Part shown: positions 13,234 to 31,403 of the stretch, one piece after another
Layout of the letters: the number at the start of each line of letters is the position of its first letter
Position numbering within the stretch: position 1 is the first letter of the stretch
Source: Eledone cirrhosa
Taxonomy: Eukaryota
Direction: 5' to 3'
DNA: 64,000 nt
Assembly (NCBI GenBank): GCA_964016885.1
Contig: OZ024740.1
Location: 27,342,001 to 27,406,000, forward strand
Program-made: the position numbers and the translations under genes
The notes under the pieces: model-generated
Databases searched by the model: none
Seen by the model: only the letters and a program-made list of their open reading frames with translations
Told to the model about the DNA's origin: nothing

Positions 13234-13412
13234 GGCAGTATCGGTAGAGGGTCGGACGCCATGCTTTCCAGTATAGTTAAGTCCCTTTACGATCTGAGTT
13301 CAAATCCCTCCGAGGTTGACTTTGCCTTTCATCCTTACGGGGGTCGATAAAATAAAGTACCAGTAATACACTGGGATAATTGCTGGCCTTGTGCCAAAAG
13401 TAGAAACAATTA
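13234..13412 (+). mobile_element. SINE
   Basis: GGCAGTATCGGTAGAGG...GAGTTCAAATCC...TAGAAACAATT. Confidence 0.88.
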
Positions 13413-13500
13413 TAAAGTGTAAGATACTTTGGTACCGATGATAATCTTCTTATTTTTTGTTGCATTTAGCTCTTTGAAAAGTTATATAATTATTACGTAA

Positions 13501-13756
13501 TACGAGGCCCAGTCGAAAAGTAATGCCTTTTTTGTCATAGCAGGCTCATTTGTTTTTATAGAGTTGAAATTTGACACAAAGGTAAAGGGACTTAAATATC
13601 TCATTTTATTTTTCAGATGTGTATGAGTGACTGAGTTGATTTCAAGAAGGCCGCCTCCTTGGGAATACGTCAGAAGCAACAAAAAGCAGTAATTAAATTC
13701 CTTGTTGCTGAAGGAGAAACCCCTGTTAACATTCACAAGAGACTAACAAATGTTTA
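13501..13756 (+). mobile_element. mariner-like transposon 5' remnant
   Basis: Begins TACGAGG like a mariner TIR; encodes QKAVIKFLVAEGETPVNIHKRLTNVY, resembling the mariner transposase N-terminal HTH. Confidence 0.7.
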
Positions 13757-13929
13757 CAGGTAAAATTCCGTTATAACGAATACGATTATAACGAATTTTG
13801 CAGTATTACGAATTTTTTTCAATCCCCGGCCACACGCTCAATCTGTTAGGTCGATCTCGTTATAAAGAATTTTTCGTTGCAACTAACTTTTTAACACCCC
13901 GTGGATTTCGCTATAACCGAATTTCACTG
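13757..13929. mobile_element. Tc1/pogo(Tigger)-type MITE
   Basis: TA-CAGGTAAAATTCCGTTATAACGAA ... TTCGCTATAACCGAATTTCACTG-TA: imperfect TIRs with TA duplication. Confidence 0.75.
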
Positions 13930-13931
13930 TA

Positions 13932-14110
13932 TAGCGTAATAGAGAAGGCGCACAGCTTATTTTTTAGAGACTTGGAATCGCAGTCGTAAAGTTGGAGTTC
14001 GATTCCCAGACAGGACGATGCGTTATCTCCTTAAGAAAGACACTTTATTTCACGTTTCCCCTTTTACCAGGAGTTACAACAGGTAGATTGTTCCAACAAC
14101 CAGCAATGAA
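13932..14110 (+). mobile_element. Second tRNA-headed SINE family, degenerate
   Basis: B-box GAGTTCGATTCC followed by TCCTTAAGAAAGACACTTTATTTCAC. Confidence 0.5.
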
Positions 14111-14384
14111 AAGATGAATGGAAACATTGTTTACATGGTCAGTTTCCACAAGCTCCACCCTACATGGTATATAAATGAGGTCTGGGATCTTGTTGATCTA
14201 TTCCATTCCTTTATAAGTAATATTATATCTTTACGCTTTCTTTTATGCCTATGTTATACACCTGTTAATATAGTTATTGCTTCGTATTTGTAATTATGCG
14301 ATAAATCTAATTCAATACACTTTCCATTTAAATTTCTGGGTTTGTGTCTATGTTACAAAAAGATTATCATTATTACATAATATG

Positions 14385-14558
14385 GGGGCTGTGGATTGGC
14401 AGTATCGGTAGATGGTCGGTCGCCATGCTTTGCAGCATAGAGTTACGGCCCTTTATGATCTGAGTTCAAATCTCGCCGAGGTTTACTTTGCCTTTCATCC
14501 TCACGGGGTCGATAAAATGAAGTACCTGTCACGCAATAGGGTCGATTTAATCGACTTA
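14385..14558 (+). mobile_element. SINE
   Basis: Same family as 1818-2002, with A and B boxes. Confidence 0.85.
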
Positions 14559-14890
14559 AAGTTTAACTAGAACTTCAAATATTACCTTTTAAAATGATTA
14601 ATCTTCCTTGTAGATATTTCATTAAAGAAATATATTTCACCATTAATCCGTAAAGTTACAGTAGTCAAAAACGCATCTTCAGCATGGGAGAAGATTTAAC
14701 TATCTGTGTTTACACATCAAATGCAAATCTGCGAGTGACCCATCGCACGTGCTGCAATTCTAAAACTACTAACAACATGCTAGCGTCATCCCAGGGTTCT
14801 TATATATTTGATATACATTCATCCTTCTCGAGCCCTCTTGAAGATCCGCATAAGATGAAACAATTGTTCTCGGTGTGGTGAACTAACTGT

Positions 14891-17325
<2,435 letters not shown>

Positions 17326-17664
17326 AATGTAACTTTACTACAAGTTGTGATTACATTGTCTCACTAAATATGTCTGGTTTATGAATTTATATTTTATCAA
17401 CCCTAACTTTAAACATAATCGTATAATGTGTCGTTGTCTCTCTAACAGCCTTTTATAGTGTATGATTTGTAGACTTGGAAGTTATAATTTAACAATTTAA
17501 CCCTTTTGTTACCATATTCCTATTGAAAGTTACTACCAATATACCTTCAAAGCTTATAAAAGAATCCGGAAAGTAGCGAGAGCAATGATTTTAAATAAAT
17601 TGTTTCTCGCTGCTTCGGATATAGAGTGACTATATATATATATGTAAGTATGTATGCATTTCAA

Positions 17665-20375
<2,711 letters not shown>

Positions 20376-20587
20376 ACTCGATCTCATAGCTTTGATTCTT
20401 GTGAATTCTATATAACTGCTCTGTAGAACAACTGATGTTATTACATTGAGCTATTTATCTTACTGGTAATAAGGTAGTAATAAATAACTGACCTTCACCG
20501 TTTAAGGTTTAAAATATGCATAACTATAAAAAGTTTAATATATACATAACCATGAATAGTATCCTTAATATTATATATATATGTATA

Positions 20588-20992
20588 AATTTCGCTCTAT
20601 ATGGCTGAATACAATGAATGTAATCTGAGTTTTCCGAATATTAATAATAATATTCGATTCGTTTGAAATTATGCAAATAAGCCTCATTTTTAAAGCCATG
20701 TCAGTAGAATAAGCCCCCCATTCTTGCACTAGTGTTGGCATGTAAACATAACTGCAGACACTAATGTTTCTATGTAATACCCTTCATCAGTATAGTTCAC
20801 TGTTAACCTGGCATCTGTCAGAACTAGTGAAAATATATATTTTCTAAAATATACAGTGACTGATCGGCCTGATTTGCATATTAGCCAACACAAGAACAAG
20901 AATGAGGGGCTCATTCTACTGACATGGATTTAAAATGAGGCTTGTTTGCATAATTGCAAACGAATCGAATATTATTTATTAATATTCGAAAA
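20588..20992. mobile_element. Non-coding fold-back element containing an HHR (family also at 60205-60548)
   Basis: About 95-bp inverted arms at 20630-20726 and 20897-20992; the body matches 60205-60470. Confidence 0.75.
20750..20797 (-). ncRNA. Type I hammerhead ribozyme
   Basis: Minus strand AACTATA-CTGATGA-AGGGTATTACATA-GAAA-CATTAGTG-TC-TGCAGTT; weak stem II. Confidence 0.7.
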
Positions 20993-20994
20993 AG

Positions 20995-21038
<44 letters not shown>

Positions 21039-21040
21039 AA

Positions 21041-21328
21041 ATAATTGTTTCTACAATAGGCATAAAGCCAGCAATTAAAGCAGTGTATTACTGGTACTTT
21101 ATTTTATCGACCCCCGTTAGGATGAAAGGCAAAGTTAACCTCGACGGGATTTGAACTCAGAATGGCAAGGGAGTTTCTAACAGGAAAGTTATAGAGGTTC
21201 TAACAGGGGAGTTATAGAGGTTCTAACAGGGAGTTATAGAGGTTCTAACAGGTAAAGGGAGTTATAGAGCTTCTATGCGTCAAAGCATGGCGTCCGACCC
21301 TCTACCGATACTGCCAATTCACCGCCCT
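21041..21328 (-). mobile_element. SINE with internal tandem expansion
   Basis: SINE body and head interrupted by ~21-27-bp GAGTTATAGAGGTTCTAACAGG repeats at 21170-21275. Confidence 0.8.
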
Positions 21329-21714
21329 TACAAATAATGAATCAAAACATATCAAATATGTTAGAATTTTGTGTTTCTCAATAAACGTGCTCAAGAGACT
21401 TTATTTTGAGCCATAATAAACCATATTAAAAGATATATATATAGAGAGAGAGAGAAAGAAAGAGCCATATATGGTATAGGAAACACAGTATATTGTATAT
21501 ATAGCAGGTACATATTCCATAGAAGAATATGTACACAGGCGGAATCATTGCAGAGACCTTAGAGCGGTATTTCAGATTCTGTAGTGTGCAGCTCAAAATC
21601 AATCTATGTAATCGATCATGGAAGAAATCAATCAATATAATCGGTCATCGATGACAAACTATAGATTATATGGTTCATTCTCTCTCTATATATAGATATA
21701 TGTTACATTTGGTT

Positions 21715-21756
<42 letters not shown>

Positions 21757-21800
21757 TATATGTGTGTGTATATATATATATGTGTGTGTGTGTATATATA

Positions 21801-22312
21801 GTTATACTTGGGGAGGGTCATATTGTAATAATATTGCCAGAATTAATAACAGAACACACTCACTGTTTGGTTGGTTTTCGCTTCTGTATCTTTTATATGA
21901 GTTGATTCATTCGGTCCTCAATGTTTACACTTGACTGACCACAATGGTCAAAAATACAGATATAATATTAACATAAACACATATATATAGTCTAACAAAG
22001 TTCTTTCGTAGCACATCTGCCATCTTTATTTCAAGATGGCGTAAATATACAATACAACAGGGGGAACATAATAGCACCACTGACGATGTTGCAGATGTGC
22101 AACGAAAGAATTTGTTAGACTATATATATATGTGTTTATATCTATATTATATCTGTATTTTTCACCGTTGGTCAGTCAATGGTAACATTGAGGTCAGAAT
22201 AAATTAAATTAACCAATATAAAAGACACAAAAGCGAAAACCAACCAAACAGTGTGTTCTGTTATTAATTCTGGCAATATTATTACACAAATATGACCTTC
22301 CCCAAGTATAAC
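21801..22312. mobile_element. Fold-back PLE-end element with a degenerate HHR
   Basis: Arms 21801-22020 and 22091-22312; core CTGACGA-T-GTTGCA-GATG-TGCAAC-GAAA at 22080-22107; shares the TGACCnTCCC..AGTATAACA terminus with 43441-43463. Confidence 0.75.
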
Positions 22313-22368
22313 AATATTTGTTTCGACACACGATTTCATATCAAAAACCTCACAGACGTCGTATATAT

Positions 22369-22463
<95 letters not shown>

Positions 22464-22583
22464 TGTATATATAATCCTTATCGAACCCTCTTCGGATTAT
22501 AGTCTTCATATTTATTATTACTATATATATATATATATTCATATGTACATATGTATATGTATATATATGTATATATATATATA

Positions 22584-22637
<54 letters not shown>

Positions 22638-22697
22638 TGTATGTGTGTGTGTGTCTGTCTGTTGTTGGGTATTTGTGTGTGCATATATATATATATG

Positions 22698-22739
<42 letters not shown>

Positions 22740-23503
22740 AGTAGAAAGAGAGATGATAGTTAGATAGATAAAGAGAGAGAGAGGTATTTAAATGTCATTC
22801 TGAGTGCATGTGTATATGTATATATATATTAGGTATATGTATGTGAATATATATATATATATATTATGTATATGTATAAGTATGTGTTATGTTAGCACCA
22901 GTATAGAAACCGACATGCTTTACATTATATCTCTTTATACTCTGTAAATTAAAGGTTCAACTAATAGAGAATGATAATAGAAGTAAGCAAACTGAAATGG
23001 TTTCGGGTTTTTTTTTATGATCGACTAACTAATTTAAAGGGGTTACACCAGTATGGCCTCTGGCCAATAACGGAAACCACTAAAAGGATTAATTTTTTTT
23101 TAAATATCAATAAATAATCATATAAATAAATCCACTAAAAATGCATGACACGTACGTAAGAGGGGGAATCAGAGAAATTGTGGGAAGATATTTGTGTAAT
23201 TTCTGCCTTGAAGACATTTCTAAGACATTTCAGAAATGGTCATATTGAATTTCGATAAATAACATATAAAACAATGTGAATTCTAAAAATGAATTCCAGT
23301 CTAAGGAATTCGATGTGGAATAAAGTCATATAGAGATGGCTGTATGCTACACAAGAATATTAAAAATTAGAAGGTAAACGATATAGGTAGGGTAGAGTAG
23401 GATGGAGTATAAGGGGAGGTGGTGTGTGGATTATAGTGTATATTGTGGCTGACTGTTGAAACAATACATTGCAACAAACAAAAGGAGTAGCCTGAGGCTA
23501 ACA

Positions 23504-23560
<57 letters not shown>

Positions 23561-23606
23561 GTGGGTGGGTGTGAGAATGTAGGTGTATATGTGTATATAT
23601 ATTAAT

Positions 23607-23640
<34 letters not shown>

Positions 23641-23741
23641 ATACACATATGTGTATGTGTACTCATATATATATATATATATGAATATATAAATATATAC
23701 ATATTGGGTGCGTGGGTGTGTGCATGTAAGTTTATATATGT

Positions 23742-23803
<62 letters not shown>

Positions 23804-24153
23804 GTGGGTCGGTGGATGGAAGAATGTAAGTGTATATGTGTATATATATTTATATAAATAATATATCTAAATATGTGTATGTTTACATATATATATATAT
23901 ATATTCATATATATATATGGGTGGGTGGGTGTAAGAATGTAAGTGTGTATGTGTATATATATTTATATATATAAAATATATACATGCGTGTTTGTGTTAC
24001 ACATATACACAATATGAATATATATATATTCATATATATATGGGTGTGTGTGTGTGCATGTAAGTTTGTATATGTGTATATATATCAAGCGTTAACCTAA
24101 TATATACCTTACATATACTGTACCGATTGTGTTGTTATTTCTGTTTACCTTTT

Positions 24154-24186
<33 letters not shown>

Positions 24187-24208
24187 CATATATATATACA
24201 TATATATC

Positions 24209-24331
<123 letters not shown>

Positions 24332-24403
24332 GTGTGTGTGTGTGCGTGTGTGTGTGTGTATAGAATACTATTAGGAATTAGCTTCATGCAGAGGTGTATA
24401 CTG

Positions 24404-24966
24404 ATATGTATTGAAATTTTGTATTTCTAAAGAAATTCGGTATGTTTATAGATAAACATTTAGAAAGCCGTCGCTATGCAAAACACCGATGGTATCGCCC
24501 TCTGGTGGTGTCCAACAGAAGCAAGGGGGACAATCGTCAATGCATTTCGAACTTAACTGGTAGTCAACAGGACGATCCCTCCCACTCTTGCGACTGCTGG
24601 ACTTGAAAACAGGAGATTCTTTAGACATACGAAATTTCTAAACATATCTATATAGAGCTATGCCTGAAACTAAATCCTAATTCTATTCTATTATAAGTTG
24701 AGCCAACTTATGCAGCTTTATATGCAAATGAGATTAATCAACTCATTTACACAGACGGGAAAACTATATATTATCTCCTGTTTTCAAGTCCAGCATTCGC
24801 AGGAGTCGGAGGGATCGTCCCGATGAGGACCAGTTAAGTTCGAAATGCATTCACGATTGTCCCCCTTGCTTCTGCTTGACACCACCAGAGGGCGATATCC
24901 CTGGTGTTTTGCATAGCTACGGCTTTCTAAATGTTTACCCATAAAATACGAAATTTCAATACATAT
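24404..24966. mobile_element. Fold-back element with a degenerate HHR in each arm (family also at 33660-33960)
   Basis: Arms 24404-24617 and 24773-24966; HHR-like motifs at 24533-24576(-) and 24814-24857(+). Confidence 0.8.
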
Positions 24967-25018
24967 ATGCACACGCACACACACACACACGCACACGCGC
25001 ACACACACACACACACAC

Positions 25019-25072
<54 letters not shown>

Positions 25073-25139
25073 CAAAGAAAGTGTCATAAGGAACAAGGTG
25101 GACCATAACGCACCACAGTACTCGAAACTCAGGGTATAT

Positions 25140-27873
25140 ATATAGAATGTTAGAACACTGGAAGGTAATATCCGTAGTAGTAGAGCACTCAGTCCATGGG
25201 ACGAGTTAGTGATTGCCTAAATACGAGATATGAATTCTTCACACGTTGTCCGCAGTCTGGAAACACATGTTACATAACTACAAAACACCGGATTGAATTA
25301 CAACATCCTAATTTTCTTATCAACTAGAAACTTTCGGACTTTCGCAGTTATCTCCATTACACCTCTCGCACGCAATTTAGTATTGCCTGTGTGAAGTGAT
25401 CGTTTCTGCGCATGCGCTTTCGTACGGTTGTCCTTCATGTTCCGTACAACCATGTCCATTAAGCTGAGGATCCGCTAAGGTGAATCAATTGTTCTCGGTA
25501 TGGTGAACTAACTGTTGTGTTACCACTTCTACCTAATTCGTCCAATTAAATGAGTGCTCTACCACTACGGATATTACCTTCCGATGTTCTACCACTATAT
25601 ACGTCTCCAGCAAAGGTCAGCAGATTCTTCCCACTACGTAGAAGTTTGGCTTTTAGCAAATTCTTCCCCACGTGAGAGTTTGGCTTCCTACCCTCAGAGC
25701 GCTCTCTATATCCTCGTGTCCTACATAATTTTGTGTCTCATCAACGTCAGTATGGATTTATACGAACTGGATTACTCCCTGAAGAACATTCCCACTCCCT
25801 CCAACCATGTTTACCAAAAGCTTCTCCTACAAAAAGCGGAAGATGTCAGGCACCCATAACACCTTCAACCTGAAATCGAGAGCCTACCCTCCGAAGGTAA
25901 CTGAACTTGCTCCTTTCGAGGCGGACCTTCTTGACTTAGTCACTAACATTTCCTTTCGCAAACACCCTAACACCTTTCAAACTAAACTTAGAAAAGATAT
26001 TAAGAAATTTAGGTCTTCTAATAACACTTTCGTTCTTTCCGACAAAACTAATAATATTTATGAAGTCGACAACCCCACTTTCCGCCACCTGGCCTATAGC
26101 GCTAATACTTCCAAATATAAGAAAGCTAACCCTATGGCCTACCACGATATTAATACAGAAGCCAAAGAGCTTGCCGCCGCCCTTAAGGTAGATAAGAAGC
26201 TACAATCTCTAGCTAAGCGGGAGGTATTCGTCACCCTGAAAGATCACAAGGTAGACTTTACTTCTAACCCCACACGTAGACTAATAAACCCGGCACGCAC
26301 AGATATGGTACTAGTTAGTAAGGCACTTAGAAACATAGTTAAGACCATTAGGGCCAAGTCCAACCTGCCCCAGTGGGAGAACAGCGACTCCGTAATTAAG
26401 TAGTTTAACTCCTTCAAATCCAAAAAAGCGAAGTTCACACAGTTTGACATTGTTGATTTTTACCCGTCGATCTCAGACACCCTGTTAAACAAAGCATTGT
26501 ACTTTGCTACCACTTACAGTACCGTCGATGGTTTAGAGAGGGAAATCATCGCTCACTGCCGGAAAACCCTCCTCCTCAACAATGGAGTAGCCTGGGCAAA
26601 GAAGTCAACAACTTCAGGCCTATTCGACGCCTCCATGGGATCGTTTGACAGTGCTGACTTACCCGACTTGGTTGGCCTATTTATTTTAGACATATTACGT
26701 GTTAGATTCCCGGACTTCCACACGAGAATATACCGCGACGATGGACTGACTTTATCGAGACATAAAAGTAGTCACGACCTCGACCGGTTTAAAAAAGACT
26801 TAGCTTCTATCTTCAATGAGTTAGGACTTAGGATAACAGTAGCTACCAACCTCTCTAGCTTAGATTTCTTAAACATTAAATTATAGCTTCGCACACACAC
26901 CTACAGACCCTTCCATAAGCCAAACGAAAATCTCAATTACATTCACAAGGACTCATGCCACTCTCCCACTGTTTTTATAAACTTCGCAAATAATATTAGT
27001 ACAAGAATCTCAAACCTCTCCTCTAATAAGGCTATCTTTGACAGGACGGCACCCTACTATAACACGGCGTTAGCTAACAGCGGCTTCTCGCAACCTATCA
27101 CTTACTCTCCAACTAACAACAACAGCGATAAGAAAAGAAAGAGTAACAATAGACAAACTATCTGGTTCTCTCCTCCCTTCTCACTCAACGTTAAAACCAA
27201 TGTAGGCAAAAAATGTCTAGCCCTCTTAGATAGACACTTTCCCAGTGGTCATAAATACCGCTCCATCTTTAACCGACACAAAGTAAAACTAGGATATTCC
27301 TGCGCTAAGAACATGAAGGCCCGCATCACCAACAGCCCTAAGAGCAGCACCACACTAGGGTGCTCTTGCCGTAAGCCCGAAGCTTGTCCCCTTCAACAGC
27401 AATGCAACACACCCGCTGTAGTTTATGAAGCTGTGATCACTTCCAACCGACCAAATCAATCGCAGGATGTCAAATACTATGTGTGTATGGCGGAGGGACG
27501 ATTTGAGGAACGCTTCCTGAACCACCAGTCAAACTTTAGGTACCCGGACAGACGTTCATCCACGAAACTCGCGAGCCACGTATGGTCCCTCAAGGACTCA
27601 AGTATATACTACTCCATTCAATGGGAAGCCATCACTAAGTCCAAGCCATACGCAAGGGGGAATCCATTCGTGTGGACTATGTATTGATGAATGAATAACT
27701 ATTCTAAAGAGAGTACGCAATAGTGATTGCCTAAACACGAGATATGAATTTTTCACACGTTGTCCAAACGTCTGGAAACACCTCTTACATAACTACAAAG
27801 CTCCGGATTGAATTACAACAACATCCTAATTTTCTTATCAACTAGAAATGGTGAACTAACTGTTGTCTAACTA

Positions 27874-27876
<3 letters not shown>
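25140..27876 (+). mobile_element. Near-full-length decayed Penelope-like element with direct pseudo-LTRs
   Basis: ORFs 25807..26403, 26497..26886 (preceded by QFDIVDFYPSI; SMGSFD, YRDDG) and 27313..27687 (CSCRKPEACPL, VVYEA, GIY-YIG-like); direct repeats at ~25205-25330 and 27720-27848. Confidence 0.9.
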
Positions 27877-27935
<59 letters not shown>

Positions 27936-27941
<6 letters not shown>

Positions 27942-28061
27942 TTCCAAATATTAACAAAACAGATATTCTTGTGATCAATAAAATTTTATTATACATATTT
28001 CCGAGGTATAAAATTTAATTGATCACAAGAATATCTGTTTTGTTAATATTTTGAATTAATA
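27936..28061. repeat. Short inverted repeat (~53-bp arms) between (AT)n tracts
   Basis: AATATTAACAAAACAGATATTCTTGTGATCAAT ... ATTGATCACAAGAATATCTGTTTTGTTAATATT. Confidence 0.85.
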
Positions 28062-28150
28062 TTAATAACTCTGGAAAATAACTTGTAGAGTGCTTCCAAT
28101 CTATTGTAAAACTCATTCTTTGATGTACTCATTGAATCTTGTTTAACCCT

Positions 28151-28218
<68 letters not shown>

Positions 28219-28292
28219 TAGTTACACAACAGTTAGTTCACCATTTCTAGTTGATAAGAAAATTAGGATGTTGTTGTAATTCAATCCGGAGC

Positions 28293-29400
28293 GTTTACAC
28301 CTCATCATAAACCTAACGAAAATCTTAGATATATACACAAAGAGTCTTGCCATCCCCCTATAGTTTTTAAAAATCTTATTCCCAACATTAGCCGTAGGAT
28401 TTCTACCTTATCTTCGTCTCTAGATATTTTTTAATAAAGCCGCCCCTTATTATAATAAAGCCCTTAATAACAGCGGATTTACAGAATACATTATTTATTT
28501 ACCTACTCCTCCCCCTAAAACTAACCACAATAATAGGAAAAGGAAAATTATATGGTATACACCCCTCCTTCTCTCTAACTGTTAAAACTAATGTAGGAAG
28601 GAAATTCCTTGACCTCTTAGACAAACATTTTCCTCCTAATCATAGATATTATAAGATATTTAATAGAAATGTAATTAAAATCAGTTACTCTTGCTGCCCA
28701 TCAATGAAGTCTAAAATCACTAATTCTAATCCAGGATGCAGTTATAGGAAGCCGGATGAATACCCATTACAGGGCAAATGTAACACCAAATCCGTTGTAT
28801 ATGAGGCCAAAGTGACACCTTTAATTAACAACCAGCCAGCCTGGAGCGAATGATATGTTGGCATGACTCAGGAGAGGTTTAAAACCAGGTTTTATGCACA
28901 TGTCGCTTCTTTTAAACACTCCGATAAAAGAACAGCAACGGATCTCGCAAATAAGGTGTGGGAATTCAAGGATAAAAACATCCCGTACTCTATCGATTTG
29001 TCTATTTTAGACCATCCAAGGGAGTACCAAAGGGGCAAAAAGAATTATTCTTTGTGTACCACTGAAAAATTTAGGATTTTACAAAACTTGAAAGCCACTT
29101 CAACTTGCCTGAACTCCAAGACCGAGATCTTCAGATGTTGTCCTCACCTGAAATCACATCTGATCTGTAACTGGATTGACATTCCTACGATAACTCAACC
29201 ACCTTGAACTTCTTCTCTGCTCTCTACGCCTTACATCCACTACAAGTTTTTTACCTTCTGAACTCACTTTCTGTACTCCTATATTATTTTCCTCCCTTAT
29301 CTCCCCTTATATTTAAACGTTTTCCTATGTCATTTATTTTCCTTATTTTCCCATCTACTTTCTACCTTACCCTTTACACACCCACCTTTTTTACTTTTAG
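28293..29400 (+). mobile_element. 5'-truncated PLE (RT thumb, GIY-YIG and 3' UTR)
   Basis: HKPNENLRYIHKESCHPP, VVYEAKV, YVGMTQERFKTRFYAH, ORF 28863..29207; the 3' UTR matches 59830-60000 in reverse. Confidence 0.85.
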
Positions 29401-29418
29401 ATATTTATTTCTGCGCGC

Positions 29419-29509
<91 letters not shown>

Positions 29510-29659
29510 GCGTATATGTGTATACATGTATATATATATATATATATGTATTAATATGTATGTGTATATATGTTTTTATAATATCTGTATATATATGTAT
29601 GAGTGTATATAATTATATTTTCTATGCTTCTGTTGTATTTGTGTGTGTGTATATATATA

Positions 29660-29769
<110 letters not shown>

Positions 29770-29947
29770 ATATTTGTGTGTGTGTATTTTTATATAATTG
29801 TTTATGTGTGTATATATATAATAGCCTCAGAAACGGCTTGAGCTCTGCCGTCGGGGTCACACTTTTTCCTATAGAGATATATATATATACGTATATGTAT
29901 GTATATGCATGCATATATGTGTGTATTTGCATGGCTGTGTGTGTGTA

Positions 29948-29986
<39 letters not shown>

Positions 29987-30217
29987 GTATATATGTATGT
30001 GTATGTATATGCATAATTACATACAGTGATTTAATGCTTATTTTCATTGTTCATTTTCTCCAGGAACTTGTTGAGTGCTCTAAATCAGCTATAAACATGT
30101 ATACCCTTTTCTAATTATTTATTTATTTATTATTTGTCGTATTCCAAACTATTTGTTTACCCCTTTCACCTTTTTATTTTTATATATATATAATATTGAT
30201 GTGTTTTCATATATATG

Positions 30218-30302
<85 letters not shown>

Positions 30303-30310
30303 GTATACAT

Positions 30311-30710
30311 CCGGGAGCGATGACCCCTTAGCCTTTGTCAAGGCAGAATTCTAGGAGAAGGAAAACTCTGATATAACACCTGCAACCCTGATGGTATCCA
30401 ATGATGTTGACTTGTTCTTCTTTTTGGTAAATATCATCTTGGTTAAGAGAGTGGGACTGGCTTTGTGCAGTGCGTTTGATCACTATAAAAGCTTCACGGC
30501 GCAGGCATTGGAGATCTCTCTGCACTTGTCGTCACATGGTACCGTGGGCCCAGCACTATGTGTCAATAATTGTCACAAGTGTAGTGTTTGTACCAGAGTT
30601 TTCAAGTCGCTGACTGGACTAAAAAGTCACACTCGTTCAGCGCATCGGTAGGGGTTCTCCTACATGGATATAAAGTAGTGGCCGTACTCGAAAACGAGTT
30701 GGCAGCCACC
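30311..30710 (+). mobile_element. Short RTE-like non-autonomous element
   Basis: 5' CTAGGAGAAGGAAAACTCTGATATAA resembles RTE 5' UTRs; the 3' part encodes a C2H2 finger CSVCTRVFKSLTGLKSHTRSAH; flanked by (AT)n. Confidence 0.55.
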
Positions 30711-30831
30711 ATATATATATATATTTAAGAGTTAAACAAGGTTCAATGAATACTTCCTAGAATGAGTTTTACACACATACATGTGTGTGTATGTATTTGT
30801 ATGTATGTGTGTGTGTATATGTATGTATATG

Positions 30832-30884
<53 letters not shown>

Positions 30885-31274
30885 ATGTATATGTGTATGT
30901 GTATGTATGTGTATATGTATATGTATGTGTATGTTTGTGTGTGTGTGTATGTATTTCATTTTTATGTGTGTATGTGCAATTGTGTGTATTGCTTACCACG
31001 TGTGTTTGTTCATTTATTTGTTGCCTGTATCGCTGACAACTTTATAATAATTTTTACATTTATTTTTATTCTTACGTGACGGTATTTTCATTATTATATT
31101 TTTTCTTATAATTATTTGTGTGTGCGTATGTAGATGTGTATACATATATCTATATTTGTGTATGCGTATGTATGCGTGTATATATATGTGTATGTATGGA
31201 TATGTTGATATATATGTGTGTATGTATGTATATGTATATGTATGTGTATTTGTACGTGTATGTATATGTATATG

Positions 31275-31325
<51 letters not shown>

Positions 31326-31370
31326 GTATGTATATATATATATATGTGCATGTATATATGTGTGTATGTA

Positions 31371-31403
<33 letters not shown>

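Noticed and set aside
14625-14686. Minus-strand CTGAAGA...GAAA as a hammerhead
   Set aside because: No stem I or stem II pairing
14828-14873. Functional hammerhead (also 25458-25497)
   Set aside because: The core is mutated (TTGAAGA; GAAT) and stem I is poor, so these are counted only as remnants
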